DNA of 3,047 bases. It comes from Escherichia coli. GTDB lineage: Bacteria; Pseudomonadota; Gammaproteobacteria; Enterobacterales; Enterobacteriaceae. The stretch lies in NCBI RefSeq assembly GCF_003334335.1, contig NZ_QOWQ01000085.1; one strand, 5' to 3'. The notes beneath the pieces are model-generated. The model was not told the DNA's origin, made no database searches, and was given only the letters and a program-made list of their open reading frames with translations. Positions 1 to 3,047 of the stretch are shown here, piece after piece (the stretch's first letter is position 1; every line of letters begins with the position of its first letter). The position numbers were made by a program, and so were the translations under genes.

Positions 1-53
1 TCCATAAATTAACCTTCATTTGATGCTGGATTGAACATATCAAAATCAGGCAA

Positions 54-443
54 TTACACAAATCTATGTACAGGCTCACGGGCAATTTTACGACGGCGTT
101 CACGCCATAACCCCTCTTCTATCATCCACTTTCTGAGAGTTTCAACGGATAAAGATAAACCGTGTATCTCGCGCAATTTTTCGCACGCAAACGTAGGTCC
201 AAAATCAGCGTAACGGCCTTTGAGGAGTGAAATTACTGTTGCTCTGAATTCAGTAGAAAAGGAATTATTAGGACGCTTTCCACGTCGGTGGGAAACCAGA
301 CCAGAAGGCCCTTCATTTCTATACCGTTGCACCAGACGTTTAACCTGCCGAATAGAAATGCCAATGCGTGCCGCAGCTTGTTCCTGAATAATCTGAAGTC
401 GGTGGAGTTCCTTATGACTCATCGTAACAGTCTCTTTGATCAT
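54..443 (-). CDS. N-terminal HTH DNA-binding portion of a transposase/integrase-family protein (129 aa); likely a truncated IS or transposon remnant
   Basis: ORF-track protein MIKETVTMSHKELHRLQ...IGISIRQVKRLVQRYRNEGPSGLVSHRRGKRPNN has a helix-turn-helix signature typical of N-termini of rve/DDE-type transposases. The ORF ends at TAA (54-56) about where a catalytic domain would begin, and the 53 nt beyond it do not continue the protein in any frame. Start ATG 443..441 is preceded by a GGGGGA Shine-Dalgarno-like motif. Confidence 0.55.
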   Translation of the reverse strand: MIKETVTMSHKELHRLQIIQEQAAARIGISIRQVKRLVQRYRNEGPSGLVSHRRGKRPNNSFSTEFRATVISLLKGRYADFGPTFACEKLREIHGLSLSVETLRKWMIEEGLWRERRRKIAREPVHRFV

Positions 444-471
444 GAAAAATCCCCCAGAGAATTGTCTGGGG
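444..471 (-). promoter_or_regulatory. Hairpin plus T-tract immediately 5' of the transposase start; terminator-like and RBS-sequestering
   Basis: Minus-strand RNA reads CCCCAGA-CAAUUC-UCUGGGG (perfect 7-bp stem, plus 452-458 paired with 465-471) followed by GAUUUUUC and then AUG. The Shine-Dalgarno-like G-run lies in the 3' arm of the stem. Confidence 0.4.
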
Positions 472-531
472 ACATTTTAGAATGGTTCAAAGGGGACATT
501 ACAGCTTGGTGTTAACAATAGCCTGCTTCTC

Positions 532-547
532 CGTGCCTTTCGGCACG
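532..547 (-). other. GC-rich hairpin with GAAA tetraloop on the minus-strand transcript
   Basis: Plus CGTGCC-TTTC-GGCACG; minus RNA CGUGCC-GAAA-GGCACG (6-bp stem, GNRA-type loop). No U-tract follows, so it is not a classic intrinsic terminator. Confidence 0.3.
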
Positions 548-592
548 TAAGAGGCTAACCTACATGTGTCTAGCATGAAATTGGCCTCAGAT

Positions 593-627
593 TAATGTTA
601 AGCGTCTTGCAGGACGCGTAATGTTAA
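593..627. repeat. 9-bp direct repeat TAATGTTAA (593-601 and 619-627) flanking a short hairpin (602-618)
   Basis: Read directly: TAATGTTAA, then GCGTCT-TGCAG-GGACGC (stem includes one G-U pair), then TAATGTTAA. Function unknown. Confidence 0.45.
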
Positions 628-640
628 CTGGGGCTTTTCT

Positions 641-676
641 CTATCTGCCGTTGGTGTCCATGCCCGAGGCAGATAG
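641..676. repeat. Perfect 9-bp inverted repeat (CTATCTGCC / GGCAGATAG) with an 18-nt spacer
   Basis: 641-649 CTATCTGCC pairs exactly with 668-676 GGCAGATAG. It lies in ORF-poor DNA downstream of the small membrane protein gene (minus-strand sense). Confidence 0.45.
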
Positions 677-777
677 CCTCAAGCACCCGCAGTCATTCTA
701 CTTAACTAAGATTTCCCCGCAAACCGTTTTTGTCCAGCACAGTAAATATCCAACTAAACCAATGGAGTTCGCTGTAT

Positions 778-957
778 TTACCGCCAGTATTCAATGCACA
801 TGACCGCCATGAACACCCCTAAAAAAAGGGCATTTATATATCCAAATATTAATATCAAAACATCAACTTTTTCCATATACCTTGCTGTGAAGATGATGGG
901 CATACATGATGCGAACAACCAGAACGCAACAAACAAAAACTGCAATGCGTTTTTCAT
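778..957 (-). CDS. Small hydrophobic membrane protein, 59 aa, two predicted transmembrane helices
   Basis: ATG at 957..955 is preceded by AGGAGG with 4-5 nt spacing (minus: GTAGGAGGAATAATG). Protein MKNALQFLFVAFWLFASCMPIIFTARYMEKVDVLILIFGYINALFLGVFMAVMCIEYWR has two ~20-residue hydrophobic stretches separated by the charged loop RYMEKVD. The ORF-track version (778..996) starts at an upstream GTG with no ribosome-binding site; the internal ATG is preferred. Confidence 0.55.
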   Translation of the reverse strand: MKNALQFLFVAFWLFASCMPIIFTARYMEKVDVLILIFGYINALFLGVFMAVMCIEYWR

Positions 958-1211
958 TATTCCTCCTACAATCAATGTGCAATTACATTTAAACACACCT
1001 CAATTTGGCCGGACATATAAATATCTAAACCAGAAAAAATCACTTACATAGCGTTACAAACTCTTTAGTCTAAAGGTTCATCGTAAAACATTCCCCATAC
1101 TTATCAGTCCGTTCCGCGCCAGGTAGCTCATTGCCTTATCTGGCAACCTGTAATCAGGTTTCCGCTTTTTCAGTTGGCTGGTCGTTTAACCGACATAGTT
1201 AATCCATTAAT

Positions 1212-1499
1212 CTAGTTGCCGGATGTTGGTGGATTTTCGCGTTTTAGTTGTTCATAAAAGTGCACAGCTTTAACCAGTTCTTCTGATGTAACTGGGACTG
1301 GTGAGGCAGTGAATAAGGCCTGAATTTGATAGTTCGGCCTGTCGTTACAATCCTCTTTTTTCGGTACATATTTCCAGTCACCAGACCACTACTTCCCCTG
1401 AAAGTCCGTAACGCCTTTTTTCACGTAGCGATATCGCCATGCCACTGGTTTTGCTTGCCCCGCCGTTTCATGCCCTTCCTGATAATTAATCTCGCTCAT
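1212..1499 (-). pseudogene. Small phage-like ORF (95 codons) interrupted by one in-frame TAG at 1391..1389
   Basis: Minus frame: MSEINYQEGHETAGQAKPVAWRYRYVKKGVTDFQGK-TAG-WSGDWKYVPKKEDCNDRPNYQIQALFTASPVPVTSEELVKAVHFYEQLKRENPPTSGN-TAG. Its ATG (1499..1497) overlaps the upstream gene's TGA as ATGA. Coding-like sequence continues in the same frame after the amber codon. Confidence 0.4.
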
Positions 1500-1687
1500 T
1501 CATCGCCCCACTCATCACAATATGCTTCGACCGGAGTTTTTCCCGCTTCATAGTCATCACGCTAGGATTCGACATCAGCAGCACTTCCACCGCGTAACTC
1601 ACCATAGTCCATTAATAGTTCATCCCGCTCTTCAAAACTGATGTTATATTTAGCTGAACAAAAATCAGCCACTTTGTTCTTCCTCAT
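1496..1687 (-). pseudogene. Small acidic ORF (63 codons) interrupted by one in-frame TAG at 1564..1562
   Basis: Minus frame: MRKNKVADFCSAKYNISFEERDELLMDYGELRGGSAADVES-TAG-RDDYEAGKTPVEAYCDEWGDE-TGA. The final TGA (1498..1496) overlaps the next gene's ATG, which argues that the post-amber segment is the true C-terminus. Confidence 0.4.
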
Positions 1688-1736
1688 CGTCTTTTATTTC
1701 GTGGTATGAGTAATTGCAGTAGTTAAAGAAAATTTC

Positions 1737-1847
1737 TTATGCTCCGTCATGAATTTCCTCAGGTGTTGCGTCATCGTCCACTTCGAATACATCCTCAAAA
1801 TCTCCACCAGCTATTCCCGTTTCAATAATAATTTTGAACTTTCGCAT
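1737..1847 (-). CDS. Very acidic small protein, 36 aa
   Basis: ATG 1847..1845; MRKFKIIIETGIAGGDFEDVFEVDDDATPEEIHDGA with 11 D/E against 3 K/R. An AGGAGG lies upstream, separated from the ATG by a stable hairpin. Confidence 0.35.
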   Translation of the reverse strand: MRKFKIIIETGIAGGDFEDVFEVDDDATPEEIHDGA

Positions 1848-1854
1848 TTCACTA

Positions 1855-1876
1855 CCGCCCTTTCGGGCGGCCTCCT
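1855..1876 (-). promoter_or_regulatory. Shine-Dalgarno AGGAGG followed by a GAAA-tetraloop hairpin, then 7 nt, then the ATG of the 36-aa ORF
   Basis: Minus RNA: AGGAGG (plus 1871-1876), then CCGCCC-GAAA-GGGCGG (plus 1855-1870, 6-bp all-GC stem), then UAGUGAA, then AUG (1847). The hairpin would bring the ribosome-binding site to a functional distance from the start codon when folded. Confidence 0.35.
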
Positions 1877-1932
1877 GATGTTCTGAGGGTGCAGAAATCC
1901 ATCCGGTTAAGGATTAAATTTTATTTACAGAA

Positions 1933-1950
1933 CTGAATTTAATTATTCAG
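1933..1950. promoter_or_regulatory. 18-bp near-palindrome CTGAAT-TTAATT-ATTCAG in an AT-rich intergenic region; operator-like
   Basis: The outer 6-bp arms are exact reverse complements (1933-1938 and 1945-1950). The site lies in the ~260-bp AT-rich gap between the methyltransferase stop and the small-ORF cluster, where a promoter for that cluster is expected. Confidence 0.25.
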
Positions 1951-1981
1951 ATATACGTATCTGTAGCCTTACGAATCTACT

Positions 1982-2031
1982 CACTGGATGCCTCTTTCAT
2001 AAAAATAATCCAGTGGGTTTTATCGTTTTTT
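1982..2031 (+). terminator. Plus-strand-oriented terminator-like hairpin followed by a T-tract
   Basis: CACTGGAT (1982-1989) pairs with ATCCAGTG (2008-2015), an 8-bp stem with an 18-nt loop, followed by GGTTTTATCGTTTTTT. On the minus strand no U-tract follows, so the orientation is plus. The large loop lowers confidence. Confidence 0.3.
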
Positions 2032-2109
2032 CCCTGTTCGTTGACAGATAACAGGTTTTCTGTCTGTCAGTGCCAGAATCTGGCTTACCGGTATTTGCGT
2101 TTCATTCCA

Positions 2110-2466
2110 TTAAAAAATCAGAACGCCGTGCGGCCTCAACACCCGAAAGGCTTCTTTAAATCTCTGTCGCGAATCATCACGCCAGGCATCTTTATTCAGC
2201 CGTCCATATTTCTTTCCCATCCAGGCGTTATCACCAACACTCTCAAGATGCGGAGGGTCTAATACAACCATCGAAAAAGATGCGTCTGCAAATGATAATG
2301 CACGAAAATCTGCGATAATGTCAGGGCTGATAATCAAGCGTCTCCCATTGCGTAATGTGTATCCTTCTTTTCTGATATCGCTGAATATCGCCCGTTCGTC
2401 AGACTTATCGAACCAGAACATGCGGCTGCCACAGCACATATCAAGAATGGTTGCCGGTGCACTCAC
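2110..2466 (-). CDS. SAM-dependent methyltransferase core (118 aa), probably a phage-type DNA methyltransferase, apparently lacking a normal N-terminus
   Basis: Protein contains a motif-I-like LDMCCGS near its start, a DPPH motif resembling motif IV (D/N-PP-Y/F/H) of amino-methyltransferases, and VLRPHGVL resembling the common LKPGG motif. The only in-frame start is a GTG that overlaps the upstream ORF's stop (GTGA); a stop lies 7 codons further upstream in this frame. Confidence 0.55.
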   Translation of the reverse strand: MSAPATILDMCCGSRMFWFDKSDERAIFSDIRKEGYTLRNGRRLIISPDIIADFRALSFADASFSMVVLDPPHLESVGDNAWMGKKYGRLNKDAWRDDSRQRFKEAFRVLRPHGVLIF

Positions 2467-2729
2467 TGCGCCACGTCCTGAAAATTACCCTGATAGAAAG
2501 CCAGTATGCGCTGCATAACTTCGCTCTTCCGGCACTCGCGACAGATTATGTTTAGGCGACTGTCGTAGCGACGTATTTCTCCGTCAGGTGATGACCAGAT
2601 AAGGTCCGGATCAACCACAGCAGGTTTCTTCACCTTTGCCCTCGAGAGTTTTTTGCGGGCGTTTTGCCAGTCCTTACGCGCCTGTTCAGAGGGGAATAAC
2701 CCGTATCCGGAGCTTAAGTTGCACGCCAT
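2463..2729 (-). CDS. Hypothetical 88-aa protein; possibly the N-terminal part of the adjacent methyltransferase separated by a frameshift
   Basis: ORF MACNLSS...DLIWSSPDGEIRRYDSRLNIICRECRKSEVMQRILAFYQGNFQDVAQ ends with a TGA that overlaps the GTG of the methyltransferase frame. There is no clear Shine-Dalgarno before ATG 2729. Codon usage is otherwise coding-like. Confidence 0.4.
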   Translation of the reverse strand: MACNLSSGYGLFPSEQARKDWQNARKKLSRAKVKKPAVVDPDLIWSSPDGEIRRYDSRLNIICRECRKSEVMQRILAFYQGNFQDVAQ

Positions 2730-2787
2730 CGGGTGGGTTAAGCATAAATGTATTCCTGGTGCTAAATGGCCCGAAATTCAGGCAGAG

Positions 2788-3047
2788 ATGCGCATCTGGA
2801 AAAAACGTCGCGAAGGTGAACGCAAGGAAACCGGAAAATACACGTCTGTTGTTGATCTCGCCCGCGCCAGAGCCAATCAACAGTACACTGAAAATTCAAC
2901 AGGAAAAATCAGCCCGGTCATTGCTGCCATTCATCGCGAATACAAGCAGACATGGAAAACACTGGATGACGAACTGGCCTACGCTCTCTGGCCTGGTGAT
3001 GTGGATGCCGGAAACATTGACGGCAGCATCCATCGCTGGGCAAAAAA
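2788..3047 (+). CDS. 5' part of a phage-like hypothetical protein; continues beyond the window end
   Basis: Frame 1 is open from 2569 to the window end. First ATG at 2788 gives MRIWKKRREGERKETGKYTSVVDLARARANQQYTENSTGKISPVIAAIHREYKQTWKTLDDELAYALWPGDVDAGNIDGSIHRWAK with E. coli-like codons (CGC, CTG, GCC, GAA). The exact start is uncertain, since coding-like sequence in this frame begins near 2740. Confidence 0.5.
   Translation, partial: MRIWKKRREGERKETGKYTSVVDLARARANQQYTENSTGKISPVIAAIHREYKQTWKTLDDELAYALWPGDVDAGNIDGSIHRWAK

Noticed and set aside
1-53. Possible minus-strand gene start at the window edge (ATG at 5..3 preceded by GAAGG)
   Set aside because: Only one or two codons fall inside the window, so it cannot be evaluated.
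31-213. Plus-strand 60-aa ORF
   Set aside because: Entirely antisense to the better-supported transposase-fragment ORF; no ribosome-binding site; low-complexity composition.
288-515. Plus-strand 75-aa ORF
   Set aside because: Antisense to the transposase fragment and extends across the hairpin and its start region; no ribosome-binding site.
778-996. Longer 72-aa version of the small membrane ORF starting at GTG 996
   Set aside because: No Shine-Dalgarno before the GTG, whereas the internal ATG at 957 has AGGAGG at good spacing; the 59-aa form is preferred.
621-1051. Plus-strand ORFs 621..803 (60 aa) and 794..1051 (85 aa)
   Set aside because: No ribosome-binding sites, AT-rich low-complexity translations; the second is antisense to the small membrane protein gene, which has a strong AGGAGG site.
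1326-1553. Plus-strand 75-aa ORF
   Set aside because: Antisense to the two coupled minus-strand small ORFs; Pro/Phe-rich translation typical of a shadow frame.
1561-1575. tRNA T-arm-like motif (GTCGAATCC on the minus strand)
   Set aside because: No flanking complementary stem, acceptor stem or anticodon arm; it lies inside a coding frame. Not a tRNA.
2041-2069. Consensus -35 hexamer TTGACA at 2041-2046 on the plus strand
   Set aside because: No acceptable -10 element at 16-18 bp spacing (CTGTCA/TGTCAG), so a promoter call is unsupported. The region does contain an imperfect inverted repeat (GACAGA...TCTGTC).
2041-2518. Plus-strand ORFs 2041..2262 and 2318..2518
   Set aside because: Both lie antisense to the methyltransferase core, which has recognisable catalytic motifs.
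2686-2880. Minus-strand 64-aa ORF
   Set aside because: Antisense to the plus-strand gene that has good codon usage from about 2740 onward; no ribosome-binding site.
1-3047. CRISPR array, rRNA or tRNA genes
   Set aside because: No regularly spaced direct repeats with unique spacers, and no rRNA- or tRNA-like conserved structures, were found on either strand.

Overview
This 3,047-bp window reads like a decayed prophage or mobile-element mosaic with enterobacterial-style codon usage and ribosome-binding sites (inference; no homology search was possible). Almost all credible coding is on the minus strand. (1) 54-443: a 129-aa helix-turn-helix N-terminal fragment of a transposase/integrase-family protein, with a hairpin plus T-tract covering its ribosome-binding site. 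(2) 778-957: an isolated 59-aa two-transmembrane protein gene behind a strong AGGAGG site, flanked by 250-330 bp of ORF-poor, hairpin-rich DNA. (3) 1212-1847: three small, mostly acidic ORFs; two are each interrupted by one in-frame TAG but remain linked by an ATGA overlap. (4) 2110-2729: a SAM-dependent methyltransferase core that overlaps (GTGA) an upstream 88-aa ORF and may be one frameshifted gene. One plus-strand gene starts near 2788 and runs off the window. No rRNA, tRNA or CRISPR array was seen. The most interesting candidates are the orphan small membrane protein (possible toxin or exclusion module), the ribosome-binding-site/hairpin/start-codon arrangement at 1845-1876, and the singly-lesioned small acidic genes beside an orphan methyltransferase (possible anti-restriction early region). 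All family assignments are motif-based and tentative.
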